NCBI RefSeq assembly: GCF_009931435.1
Contig: NZ_CP043414.1
Length of the DNA stretch: 64,000 nt
Direction: 5' to 3' (one strand)
DNA from: Escherichia coli
Lineage (GTDB): Bacteria; Pseudomonadota; Gammaproteobacteria; Enterobacterales; Enterobacteriaceae
Part shown: piece after piece, positions 50,029 to 64,000 of the stretch
Layout of the letters: each line of letters starts with the position of its first letter
How positions within the stretch are numbered: position 1 is the stretch's first letter
Notes under the pieces: generated by a model
What the model saw: only the letters and a program-made list of their open reading frames with translations
Told to the model about the DNA's origin: nothing
Databases searched by the model: none
Made by a program: the position numbers and the translations under genes

Positions 50029-50808
50029 CTAAATCGCTTCAGTTTCACAACTAACAGAATAAAAAAACGGCAGCTCAAGGCTGTAATGCCAGTCAGTTAA
50101 GCAACTGACTGGCTCTTTTTCGGGGCTGTGGGGTATTTCCAGGGCCTCTCCTTTACCACTCTCGGGAAGGCCCTTTCCCTTCTTGTCGGTAATTTCACTG
50201 GCTGTCCCATACTTGCAAGATCGCGCATCAGCTCCGGTATACGTCCCGGTGAAGCGCATGGCGTCCGTCATCGACGTCAGCAGATGGCTGGTCAGTTCCA
50301 TCTGGCAGACCATTTTGACCTGCGGGTAGAGCGCCGGGTTCCCGGCATGTGTCTGGCGGGGGAAGGCTGCATCGTTCTCTGGTGTATCCGGTGTGCGCCA
50401 GAACACACCATCGATGGCCAGCAGGGTCAGGCTGCACCAGTGCGGATGCAGCGTGGCGTTATGCCAGAGCTGCGCTGTTTTCGTGAACACGCGGCGGACA
50501 GCCTCACTTCCCAGGCGCTGGCGGGCCTGAATAACGGCACTGGGGGCAACGAAGGGGCGATTGCCCGGCAGCATGATGTCCAGGCGATTCACAATCTGGT
50601 GAAGAGGTTCTTTACGCTCAAGCGCCATGCCAACAATACACCAGACCATCATTTCGAGGGGAAGACGGCGCTTGCGTAGCGTTACAGTACCTGATTCGGC
50701 AAGGCAACGAGAGATGAGTTCGGGGTCGAGGTAATCCCCCAGAAAAGTCAGTGGGTTACGCAGAGAATCGTAACGGGATACCAAATCAAGGGCCTGTCCA
50801 ATGAGCAT
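50029..50808 (-). pseudogene. Truncated/frameshifted IS4 transposase (InsG N-terminal ~200 aa fused to out-of-frame tail)
   Basis: N-terminal sequence matches IS4 InsG as recalled, then diverges after HLLTSMTDAMRF. Confidence 0.75.
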
Positions 50809-50892
50809 AAAAAAATCCGGAAACGAGTGAGCGTTTCCGGATTCTTACACAGCCACTGAATCGGTCAACTGATCCTTAACTGATCGGCATTA
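50084..50892. mobile_element. IS4 copy with internal deletion (~0.8 kb versus 1.4 kb full length), with target-site duplication
   Basis: Terminal inverted repeats taatgccagtcagttaag / cttaactgatcggcatta; flanking direct repeat cagctcaagg(g)ctg at 50071..50083 and 50893..50906. Confidence 0.75.
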
Positions 50893-50930
50893 CAGCTCAA
50901 GGGCTGCCGTTTTTTTATTTCAATCTTCTG

Positions 50931-51668
50931 TTATGTATTGCTGCTGTTAGCAGCGATAATCTTCGCTACCTTTTCAGCTTGCGCATTCATCTGCATCTGA
51001 CGGTATGCATTTTCCATCAGCGGCAGCGCATCACGCGTAGCCTGGGTATCCGGATAGTCGCGCAACATGCCTTCTACGCGGTTAACGACAGCAACCCATG
51101 CACCACGTTCTGTATAATACTCGGCAACGGAGTATTCATATTTCGCCAGACGATCTTTCAGGAATACCAGACGTTTGGTGGCATCGGTGGTGTACTGACT
51201 GTTCGGATAGCCGCGCACCAGTTTGGAAAAGTCACTAAACGCAGCTCGTGCATGTTGAGGATCGCGATCGCTACGGTCAACGCCAAAGAACCCTTGCAGC
51301 GCACTGTCATCCAGCGCCATATTGGTCAGGCCACGCATGTACATGACATAATCGATATTCGGATGGGTCGGGTTAAGGCGAATAAAACGATCGATGGCAG
51401 CCTGTGCTAACGGCAAATCGGCGTTTTTATAGTAGGCGTAGATGAGATCCAGCTGCACCTGCTGCGAATACGGACCAAACGGATAGCGATTATCTAACGC
51501 TTCCAGTTGCGTTATTGCCTGTCTCCAGTTACCGTCCTGCAGCTTTTGTTGTGCAGTCGCGTAAATTTCATTTGGCGGATTATCAGGTACTTCTTCCTTT
51601 GACCCCGAGCAACCCGCCAAAAACAGGCTTAGTGTGGCGGCTGCCACCAGATATTTCATGCGCGTCAT
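50931..51668 (-). CDS. bamD: Outer membrane protein assembly factor BamD
   Basis: 245 aa; lipobox LAGC; TPR-like lipoprotein. Confidence 0.95.
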
Positions 51669-51802
51669 GACGTTTTGACTTTCCTCAAAATGTAATACGG
51701 GAGATTCTCTGTTCCTGCTCCCGGTTAAGACCAGCTACAATAGCACACTATATTAAACGGCAAAGCCGTAAAACCCCAACGATAAACGAAGAAGCAGTAT
51801 AT

Positions 51803-52783
51803 ATGGCACAACGAGTACAGCTCACTGCAACGGTGTCCGAAAACCAACTCGGTCAACGCTTAGATCAGGCTTTGGCCGAAATGTTCCCGGATTATTCACG
51901 TTCGCGAATAAAAGAATGGATCCTCGACCAGCGCGTGCTGGTTAACGGCAAAGTTTGTGATAAGCCGAAAGAAAAAGTATTGGGTGGCGAGCAGGTGGCC
52001 ATCAACGCTGAGATTGAAGAAGAAGCGCGTTTTGAACCGCAGGATATCCCGCTGGATATCGTCTATGAAGATGAAGATATCATCGTCATTAATAAACCAC
52101 GCGACCTGGTGGTACATCCTGGCGCGGGTAACCCGGATGGCACGGTACTGAATGCGTTGCTTCATTATTATCCGCCCATTGCCGATGTACCGCGTGCGGG
52201 CATCGTCCATCGTCTGGATAAAGACACCACCGGCCTGATGGTTGTGGCAAAAACCGTTCCGGCTCAGACGCGTTTAGTCGAATCTTTGCAACGGCGTGAA
52301 ATTACTCGTGAGTATGAAGCGGTGGCAATTGGTCATATGACCGCTGGCGGTACAGTAGATGAACCAATCAGCCGCCACCCGACCAAACGTACTCACATGG
52401 CGGTGCATCCGATGGGTAAACCGGCGGTCACTCACTATCGCATCATGGAACACTTCCGTGTGCACACGCGTCTGCGGTTGCGTCTGGAAACCGGACGTAC
52501 GCACCAGATCCGCGTGCATATGGCCCATATCACTCATCCGCTGGTGGGCGATCCGGTTTATGGCGGCCGTCCGCGTCCGCCAAAAGGTGCTTCGGAAGCG
52601 TTTATCTCCACGCTGCGTAAGTTTGACCGCCAGGCGCTTCATGCAACCATGCTGCGTCTTTATCACCCGATCTCCGGCATCGAAATGGAATGGCATGCGC
52701 CTATTCCACAAGATATGGTGGAGCTGATTGAGGTGATGCGCGCCGATTTCGAAGAGCATAAGGATGAAGTGGACTGGTTATGA
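51803..52783 (+). CDS. rluD: 23S rRNA pseudouridine synthase RluD
   Basis: 326 aa; S4 domain plus RluA-family core (HRLDKDTTGL). Confidence 0.95.
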   Translation: MAQRVQLTATVSENQLGQRLDQALAEMFPDYSRSRIKEWILDQRVLVNGKVCDKPKEKVLGGEQVAINAEIEEEARFEPQDIPLDIVYEDEDIIVINKPRDLVVHPGAGNPDGTVLNALLHYYPPIADVPRAGIVHRLDKDTTGLMVVAKTVPAQTRLVESLQRREITREYEAVAIGHMTAGGTVDEPISRHPTKRTHMAVHPMGKPAVTHYRIMEHFRVHTRLRLRLETGRTHQIRVHMAHITHPLVGDPVYGGRPRPPKGASEAFISTLRKFDRQALHATMLRLYHPISGIEMEWHAPIPQDMVELIEVMRADFEEHKDEVDWL

Positions 52784-53511
52784 GTAAGCTGATTGTCCCG
52801 CAGTGGCCGCTGCCAAAAGGTGTTGCGGCCTGTAGCTCTACCCGTATCGGCGGCGTGAGCTTGCCGCCGTATGACTCGCTCAACCTCGGTGCCCATTGTG
52901 GCGATAACCCGGATTACGTCGAGGAAAATCGTAAGCGACTTTTTGCTGCGGGCAATTTGCCTTCAAAACCGGTCTGGCTTGAGCAGGTACACGGCAGAGA
53001 TGTGCTTAAGCTTACTGGCGAACCTTATGCCTCAAAACGAGCAGATGCCTCTTATAGCAATACGCCCGGCACGGTTTGCGCCGTGATGACGGCCGACTGC
53101 CTCCCCGTGCTGTTTTGCAATCGAGCGGGAACGGAAGTCGCCGCCGCTCATGCTGGCTGGCGTGGACTGTGCGCTGGCGTGCTGGAGGAGACGGTTTCCT
53201 GTTTTGCTGATAATCCGGAAAATATTCTCGCCTGGTTAGGGCCGGCAATTGGTGCACGCGCGTTTGAAGTGGGGGCGGAGGTTCGCGAGGCGTTTATGGC
53301 AGTAGACGCCAAAGCGAGTACAGCTTTCATTCAGCATGGTGATAAGTATCTGGCGGATATTTATCAGCTTGCCCGGCAGCGTCTGGCGAGCGTAGGTGTT
53401 GAGCAAATTTTCGGCGGCGACCGTTGTACATATACGGAAAATGAGACATTCTTCTCTTATCGTCGCGACAAGATCACCGGTCGTATGGCAAGTTTCATTT
53501 GGCTGATATAA
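52780..53511 (+). CDS. yfiH: YfiH/PgeF family protein
   Basis: 243 aa; conserved synteny after rluD. Confidence 0.9.
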   Translation: MSKLIVPQWPLPKGVAACSSTRIGGVSLPPYDSLNLGAHCGDNPDYVEENRKRLFAAGNLPSKPVWLEQVHGRDVLKLTGEPYASKRADASYSNTPGTVCAVMTADCLPVLFCNRAGTEVAAAHAGWRGLCAGVLEETVSCFADNPENILAWLGPAIGARAFEVGAEVREAFMAVDAKASTAFIQHGDKYLADIYQLARQRLASVGVEQIFGGDRCTYTENETFFSYRRDKITGRMASFIWLI

Positions 53512-53640
53512 CCTAAAGAATCAAGACGATCCGGTACGCGTGATTTTCTTTTCACATTAATCTGGTCAATAACCTTGAATAATTGAGGGATGACCTCATT
53601 TAATCTCCAGTAGCAACTTTGATCCGTTATGGGAGGAGTT

Positions 53641-56214
53641 ATGCGTCTGGATCGTCTTACTAATAAATTCCAGCTTGCTCTTGCCGATGCCCAATCACTT
53701 GCACTCGGGCACGACAACCAATTCATCGAACCTCTTCATTTAATGAGCGCCCTGCTGAATCAGGAAGGGGGTTCGGTTAGTCCTTTATTAACATCCGCCG
53801 GCATCAATGCTGGTCAGTTGCGCACAGATATCAATCAGGCATTAAATCGTTTACCGCAGGTTGAAGGCACTGGTGGCGATGTCCAGCCCTCACAGGATCT
53901 GGTGCGCGTTCTTAATCTTTGCGACAAGCTGGCGCAAAAACGTGGTGATAACTTTATCTCGTCAGAACTGTTCGTTCTGGCGGCACTTGAGTCTCGCGGC
54001 ACGCTGGCCGACATCCTGAAAGCAGCAGGGGCGACCACCGCCAACATTACTCAAGCGATTGAACAAATGCGTGGAGGTGAAAGCGTGAACGATCAAGGAG
54101 CTGAAGACCAACGTCAGGCTTTGAAAAAATACACTATCGACCTCACCGAACGAGCCGAACAAGGCAAACTCGATCCGGTGATTGGCCGTGATGAAGAAAT
54201 TCGCCGTACCATTCAGGTACTGCAACGTCGTACTAAAAATAACCCGGTGCTGATTGGTGAACCAGGTGTTGGTAAAACAGCCATCGTTGAAGGTCTGGCT
54301 CAGCGTATTATCAATGGCGAAGTACCGGAAGGGCTGAAAGGCCGCCGCGTACTGGCGCTGGATATGGGCGCGCTGGTGGCTGGGGCGAAATATCGCGGTG
54401 AGTTTGAAGAACGTTTAAAAGGCGTACTTAACGATCTTGCTAAACAGGAAGGGAACGTCATCCTGTTTATCGACGAATTACATACCATGGTCGGCGCGGG
54501 TAAAGCCGATGGCGCAATGGACGCCGGAAACATGCTGAAACCGGCGCTGGCGCGTGGTGAATTGCACTGCGTAGGTGCCACGACGCTGGACGAATATCGC
54601 CAGTACATCGAAAAAGATGCTGCGCTGGAACGTCGCTTCCAGAAAGTGTTTGTTGCCGAGCCAACCGTGGAAGACACCATTGCTATTCTGCGTGGCCTGA
54701 AAGAACGTTATGAACTGCACCACCATGTGCAAATTACTGACCCGGCAATTGTTGCAGCGGCGACGTTGTCTCATCGCTACATTGCTGACCGTCAGCTGCC
54801 GGATAAAGCCATCGACCTGATCGATGAAGCAGCATCCAGCATTCGTATGCAGATTGACTCAAAACCGGAAGAACTCGACCGACTCGATCGTCGTATCATC
54901 CAGCTCAAACTGGAACAACAGGCGTTAATGAAAGAGTCTGATGAAGCCAGTAAAAAACGCCTGGATATGCTCAACGAAGAACTGAGCGACAAAGAACGTC
55001 AGTATTCCGAGTTAGAAGAAGAGTGGAAAGCAGAGAAAGCCTCGCTCTCTGGTACGCAGACCATTAAAGCGGAACTGGAACAGGCGAAAATCGCTATTGA
55101 ACAGGCTCGCCGTGTGGGTGATCTGGCGCGGATGTCTGAACTGCAATACGGCAAAATTCCAGAACTGGAAAAGCAACTGGAAGCCGCAACGCAGCTCGAA
55201 GGCAAAACTATGCGTCTCTTGCGTAATAAAGTGACCGACGCCGAAATTGCTGAAGTGCTGGCGCGTTGGACGGGGATTCCGGTTTCTCGCATGATGGAAA
55301 GCGAGCGCGAAAAACTGCTGCGTATGGAGCAAGAGCTGCACCATCGCGTTATTGGTCAGAACGAAGCGGTTGATGCGGTATCTAACGCTATTCGTCGTAG
55401 CCGTGCGGGGCTTGCTGACCCGAATCGCCCGATTGGTTCATTCCTGTTCCTCGGCCCAACGGGTGTGGGGAAAACTGAGCTTTGTAAGGCGCTGGCGAAC
55501 TTTATGTTTGATAGCGACGAGGCGATGGTCCGTATCGATATGTCCGAGTTTATGGAGAAACACTCGGTGTCTCGTCTGGTTGGTGCGCCTCCGGGATATG
55601 TCGGTTATGAAGAAGGTGGCTACCTGACCGAAGCAGTGCGTCGTCGTCCGTATTCCGTCATCCTGCTGGATGAAGTGGAAAAAGCGCATCCGGATGTCTT
55701 CAACATTCTGTTGCAGGTACTGGATGATGGGCGTCTGACTGACGGGCAGGGGAGAACGGTCGACTTCCGTAATACGGTTGTCATTATGACCTCTAACCTC
55801 GGTTCCGATTTGATTCAGGAACGCTTCGGTGAACTGGATTATGCGCACATGAAAGAGCTGGTACTCGGTGTGGTAAGCCATAACTTCCGTCCGGAATTCA
55901 TTAACCGTATCGATGAAGTGGTGGTCTTCCATCCGCTGGGTGAACAGCACATTGCGTCGATTGCGCAGATTCAGTTGAAACGTCTGTACAAACGTCTGGA
56001 AGAACGTGGTTATGAAATCCACATTTCTGACGAGGCGCTGAAACTGCTGAGCGAGAACGGTTACGATCCGGTCTATGGTGCACGTCCTCTGAAACGTGCA
56101 ATCCAGCAGCAGATCGAAAACCCGCTGGCACAGCAAATACTGTCTGGTGAATTGGTTCCGGGTAAAGTTATTCGCCTGGAAGTTAATGAAGACAGGATTG
56201 TCGCCGTCCAGTAA
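53641..56214 (+). CDS. clpB: Chaperone disaggregase ClpB (start at [10 protein letters not shown])
   Basis: 857 aa; two AAA+ modules (GEPGVGKT and GPTGVGKT Walker A); ORF start at 53629 is a short upstream extension. Confidence 0.97.
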   Translation: MRLDRLTNKFQLALADAQSLALGHDNQFIEPLHLMSALLNQEGGSVSPLLTSAGINAGQLRTDINQALNRLPQVEGTGGDVQPSQDLVRVLNLCDKLAQKRGDNFISSELFVLAALESRGTLADILKAAGATTANITQAIEQMRGGESVNDQGAEDQRQALKKYTIDLTERAEQGKLDPVIGRDEEIRRTIQVLQRRTKNNPVLIGEPGVGKTAIVEGLAQRIINGEVPEGLKGRRVLALDMGALVAGAKYRGEFEERLKGVLNDLAKQEGNVILFIDELHTMVGAGKADGAMDAGNMLKPALARGELHCVGATTLDEYRQYIEKDAALERRFQKVFVAEPTVEDTIAILRGLKERYELHHHVQITDPAIVAAATLSHRYIADRQLPDKAIDLIDEAASSIRMQIDSKPEELDRLDRRIIQLKLEQQALMKESDEASKKRLDMLNEELSDKERQYSELEEEWKAEKASLSGTQTIKAELEQAKIAIEQARRVGDLARMSELQYGKIPELEKQLEAATQLEGKTMRLLRNKVTDAEIAEVLARWTGIPVSRMMESEREKLLRMEQELHHRVIGQNEAVDAVSNAIRRSRAGLADPNRPIGSFLFLGPTGVGKTELCKALANFMFDSDEAMVRIDMSEFMEKHSVSRLVGAPPGYVGYEEGGYLTEAVRRRPYSVILLDEVEKAHPDVFNILLQVLDDGRLTDGQGRTVDFRNTVVIMTSNLGSDLIQERFGELDYAHMKELVLGVVSHNFRPEFINRIDEVVVFHPLGEQHIASIAQIQLKRLYKRLEERGYEIHISDEALKLLSENGYDPVYGARPLKRAIQQQIENPLAQQILSGELVPGKVIRLEVNEDRIVAVQ

Positions 56215-56328
56215 TGATAAAACGAGTCCTTCGGGGCTCGTTTTTGTCTATAAATTAGACGGAAAAGACTATATTCAAGATGTTTTGCCTGAAAAATGAG
56301 CGAACGATAAAGTTTTTATATTTTTCGC

Positions 56329-56356
56329 TTGTCAGGCCGGAATAACTCCCTATAAT
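56329..56356 (+). promoter_or_regulatory. rRNA operon promoter P1
   Basis: TTGTCA -35, 16-bp spacer, TATAAT -10. Confidence 0.75.
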
Positions 56357-56445
56357 GCGCCACCACTGACACGGAACAACGGCAAACACGCCGCCGGGTC
56401 AGCGAGGTTCTCCTGAGAATCTCGACAGAGAAAAGCAAAAAAATG

Positions 56446-56474
56446 CTTGACTCTGTAGCGGGAAAGCGTATTAT
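56446..56474 (+). promoter_or_regulatory. rRNA operon promoter P2
   Basis: TTGACT -35, 17-bp spacer, TATTAT -10. Confidence 0.7.
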
Positions 56475-56655
56475 GCACACCCCGCGCCGCTGAGAAAAAG
56501 CGAAGCGGCACTGCTCTTTAACAATTTATCAGACAATCTGTGTGGGCACTCGAAGATACGGATTCTTAACGTCGCAAGACGAAAAATGAATACCAAGTCT
56601 CAAGAGTGAACACGTAATTCATTACGAAGTTTAATTCTTTGAGCATCAAACTTTT

Positions 56656-58197
<1,542 letters not shown>

Positions 58198-58368
58198 CCT
58201 TAAAGAAGCGTACTTTGCAGTGCTCACACAGATTGTCTGATGAAAAGTGAATAGCAAGGCGTTTACGCGTTGGGAGTGAGGCTGAAGAGAATAAGGCCGT
58301 TCGCTTTCTATTAATGAAAGCTCACCCTACACGAAAATATCACGCAGCGCGTGATAAGCAATTTTCGT

Positions 58369-58444
58369 GTCCCCTTCGTCTAGAGGCCCAGGACACCGCC
58401 CTTTCACGGCGGTAACAGGGGTTCGAATCCCCTAGGGGACGCCA
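58369..58444 (+). tRNA. gltW: tRNA-Glu (UUC) in the 16S-23S spacer
   Basis: GTCCCCTTCGTCTAGAGG...GGGGACGCCA, 76 nt. Confidence 0.95.
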
Positions 58445-58637
58445 CTTGCTGGTTTGTGAGTGAAAGTCACCTGCCTTAATATCTCAAAACTCATCTTCGG
58501 GTGACGTTTGAGATATTTGCTCTTTAAAAATCTGGATCAAGCTGAAAATTGAAACACTGAACAACGAAAGTTGTTCGTGAGTCTCTCAAATTTTCGCAAC
58601 ACGATGATGAATCGCAAGAAACATCTTCGGGTTGTGA

Positions 58638-61541
<2,904 letters not shown>

Positions 61542-61728
61542 TACAACGCCGAAGGTGTTTTGGCGGATTGAGAGAATTTCAGCTTGGATCCAGAGTCCGA
61601 AGGATTTTGCGCTGAGACAAGGCGGCAAATGAAGCGAAGGAAGGAGCATACTGAAGTATGTGACTGATTTTCGCGAATGCAGCCAACGCAGTATCAGCAC
61701 AAAAGACACAGGACAGAGCACAGGAATT

Positions 61729-61848
61729 TGCCTGGCGGCCTTAGCGCGGTGGTCCCACCTGACCCCATGCCGAACTCAGAAGTGAAACGCCGTAGCGCCG
61801 ATGGTAGTGTGGGGTCTCCCCATGCGAGAGTAGGGAACTGCCAGGCAT
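61729..61848 (+). rRNA. rrfG: 5S ribosomal RNA
   Basis: TGCCTGGCGGCC...GAACTGCCAGGCAT, 120 nt. Confidence 0.97.
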
Positions 61849-61860
61849 CAAATTAAGCAG

Positions 61861-61890
61861 AAGGCCATCCGTCAGGATGGCCTTTTTGCG
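61861..61890 (+). terminator. rRNA operon terminator
   Basis: Hairpin aaggccatcc...ggatggcctt followed by TTT. Confidence 0.8.
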
Positions 61891-62178
61891 CTGGTGCGGA
61901 AAAAATGCCGGATGCGACGCTGGCTGCATCTTATCCGTCCTACGCTCCCACATAAGCCAGATTCAACAGCGAATACGGCTTCCCCAAATTGCCCACTTAA
62001 ATACTTCCTCCTTACCAGAAATCTATCCTTAAGCTCCTTAATAACCATTTTCCTGCTAACTAAATTCATGGTTAAGGTTGCATAATGATGCGCAACAAAT
62101 GCATAACATTTTCTTTACCAAAAAAATAAACAACAGCGACCGACAAAAGCATCGGATTACGGCAGGAGACATAATGGC

Positions 62179-63477
62179 ATGGCTGAAAGTACTGTAACGG
62201 CAGACAGCAAACTGACAAGTAGTGATACTCGTCGCCGCATCTGGGCAATTGTGGGGGCCTCTTCAGGTAATTTGGTCGAGTGGTTCGATTTCTATGTCTA
62301 CTCGTTCTGTTCACTCTACTTCGCCCACATCTTCTTCCCTTCCGGGAACACGACGACTCAACTACTGCAAACAGCAGGTGTTTTTGCTGCGGGATTTCTG
62401 ATGCGCCCAATAGGCGGTTGGCTATTTGGCCGGATAGCCGATAAACATGGTCGCAAAAAATCGATGCTGTTATCGGTGTGTATGATGTGTTTCGGCTCAC
62501 TGGTTATCGCCTGTTTGCCAGGCTACGAAACAATCGGTACCTGGGCTCCGGCATTATTGCTTCTTGCTCGTTTATTCCAGGGATTATCCGTTGGCGGAGA
62601 ATATGGCACCAGCGCCACCTATATGAGTGAAGTTGCCGTTGAAGGGCGCAAAGGTTTTTACGCATCATTTCAGTATGTGACGTTGATCGGCGGGCAACTG
62701 CTAGCTCTACTGGTTGTCGTGGTTTTACAACACACCATGGAAGACGCTGCACTCAGAGAGTGGGGATGGCGTATTCCTTTCGCGTTAGGAGCTGTGTTAG
62801 CTGTTGTGGCGTTGTGGTTACGTCGTCAGTTAGATGAAACTTCACAACAAGAAACACGCGCTTTAAAAGAAGCTGGTTCTCTAAAAGGATTATGGCGCAA
62901 TCGCCGTGCATTCATCATGGTTCTCGGTTTTACCGCTGCAGGCTCCCTTTGTTTCTATACCTTCACCACTTATATGCAGAAGTATCTGGTAAATACTGCG
63001 GGAATGCATGCCAACGTGGCGAGTGGCATTATGACTGCCGCATTGTTTGTATTCATGCTTATTCAACCACTTATTGGCGCGCTGTCGGATAAGATTGGTC
63101 GTCGTACCTCAATGTTATGTTTCGGTTCTCTGGCAACCATTTTTACCGTTCCTATTCTCTCAGCATTGCAGAACGTTTCTTCGCCTTATGCCGCTTTTGG
63201 TCTAGTGATGTGCGCCCTGCTGATAGTGAGTTTTTATACTTCAATCAGTGGAATACTGAAGGCTGAGATGTTCCCGGCACAGGTTCGCGCATTAGGCGTT
63301 GGTCTGTCATATGCGGTCGCCAATGCTATATTTGGTGGTTCGGCGGAGTACGTAGCGTTGTCACTGAAATCAATAGGAATGGAAACAGCCTTCTTCTGGT
63401 ATGTGACCTTGATGGCCGTGGTGGCGTTTCTGGTTTCACTAACATTGCACCGTAAAGGAAAAGGGATGCGTCTTTAG
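62179..63477 (+). CDS. kgtP: Alpha-ketoglutarate permease KgtP (MFS transporter)
   Basis: 432 aa; [40 protein letters not shown]...; 12-TM MFS. Confidence 0.96.
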   Translation: MAESTVTADSKLTSSDTRRRIWAIVGASSGNLVEWFDFYVYSFCSLYFAHIFFPSGNTTTQLLQTAGVFAAGFLMRPIGGWLFGRIADKHGRKKSMLLSVCMMCFGSLVIACLPGYETIGTWAPALLLLARLFQGLSVGGEYGTSATYMSEVAVEGRKGFYASFQYVTLIGGQLLALLVVVVLQHTMEDAALREWGWRIPFALGAVLAVVALWLRRQLDETSQQETRALKEAGSLKGLWRNRRAFIMVLGFTAAGSLCFYTFTTYMQKYLVNTAGMHANVASGIMTAALFVFMLIQPLIGALSDKIGRRTSMLCFGSLATIFTVPILSALQNVSSPYAAFGLVMCALLIVSFYTSISGILKAEMFPAQVRALGVGLSYAVANAIFGGSAEYVALSLKSIGMETAFFWYVTLMAVVAFLVSLTLHRKGKGMRL

Positions 63478-63797
63478 TGATGCGCCAGTTGCCAGACGGT
63501 ATAGCCAGTAGTTGCACCGGCGACATCCCAGGTAAAATCTTTCCAGCTCCAGCCGCTCCCCTCGGGGCGGCTATCCCAAAGTTCTTTTGACGCGCCCAGC
63601 CCAACAGAGAACATCAGCCCGAAAGTGGCACTGCGATCGCGACTCATCCCCTGATGCTGTGAATATTCATTTCCGGCAGCGGAAAGCATCGCCGAGGCGA
63701 TAAAGTGTTGAGCTTTATCCTGCCCGCTCCAGCTATCGTTAGCCATATGGCTGCATCCAGAAAGTAACAATAGCGAACAGACAAAAAGAATACGCAA
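63474..63797 (-). CDS. yfiM: Lipoprotein YfiM
   Basis: 107 aa; lipobox LLSGC; synteny kgtP-yfiM-pssA. Confidence 0.85.
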   Translation of the reverse strand: MRILFVCSLLLLSGCSHMANDSWSGQDKAQHFIASAMLSAAGNEYSQHQGMSRDRSATFGLMFSVGLGASKELWDSRPEGSGWSWKDFTWDVAGATTGYTVWQLAHH

Positions 63798-63840
63798 AAC
63801 GTGGCCTCCAAAAACAAACCCCGTACAGGACGGGGTTGTG

Positions 63841-64000
63841 ATTACAGGATGCGGCTAATTAATCGGTCGATGCGGATACGGCGCAAACGGCGAATGAGTT
63901 TACGAACCTTCACCGGATAATCGGCAATACTTTGCAGATCGCGATAGTGCTTAACGATGGTGGTATGCTCGCGGATCAGCTCCAGTTCTTTCTCTCGCTG
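63841..64000 (-). CDS. pssA: 3' end of phosphatidylserine synthase gene pssA (partial, runs off window)
   Basis: Minus-strand reading ends ...[15 protein letters not shown]-stop; synteny. Confidence 0.7.

Noticed and set aside
62072-62500. 142-aa minus-strand ORF overlapping the kgtP 5' end and the rRNA terminator region
   Set aside because: No RBS, overlaps kgtP; likely spurious.

Overview
Enterobacterial (E. coli-like) chromosome segment interrupted by a ~38 kb P2-related myovirus prophage (about 11321..49473). Left core: corB/yfjD 5' end, ypjD, ffh, rpsP, rimM, trmD, rplS, yfiB-yfiN(dgcN)-yfiR, yfiL, aroF-tyrA, pheA with pheL leader. Right core: raiA, an internally deleted IS4 copy, bamD, rluD, yfiH, clpB, a complete rRNA operon (16S, tRNA-Glu, 23S, 5S; rrnG context), kgtP, yfiM and the 3' end of pssA. 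The prophage is flanked by an imperfect 27-bp direct repeat that coincides with the raiA terminator hairpin. It carries a P2-type integrase, C repressor and Cox-like switch, a phiX/P2 gpA-type HUH rolling-circle initiator, a plasmid-type ParM/ParR partition locus, a P2-like head module, and a tail module with an embedded lysis cassette, a -1 frameshifted chaperone and two tandem fibre/chaperone pairs. The most interesting part is the right-end cargo region (45.3-49.4 kb): a YafO-like toxin gene translationally coupled to an unrecognised 208-aa partner, and a strongly AT-rich cassette encoding an OLD-like ABC-ATPase/Toprim fusion preceded by an 8-bp tandem repeat and a 20-bp perfect palindrome, next to a truncated DNA methyltransferase gene. 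This cargo region is my best candidate for an undescribed defence locus. All calls rest on reading the ORF translations and sequence motifs by eye; no database search was run.
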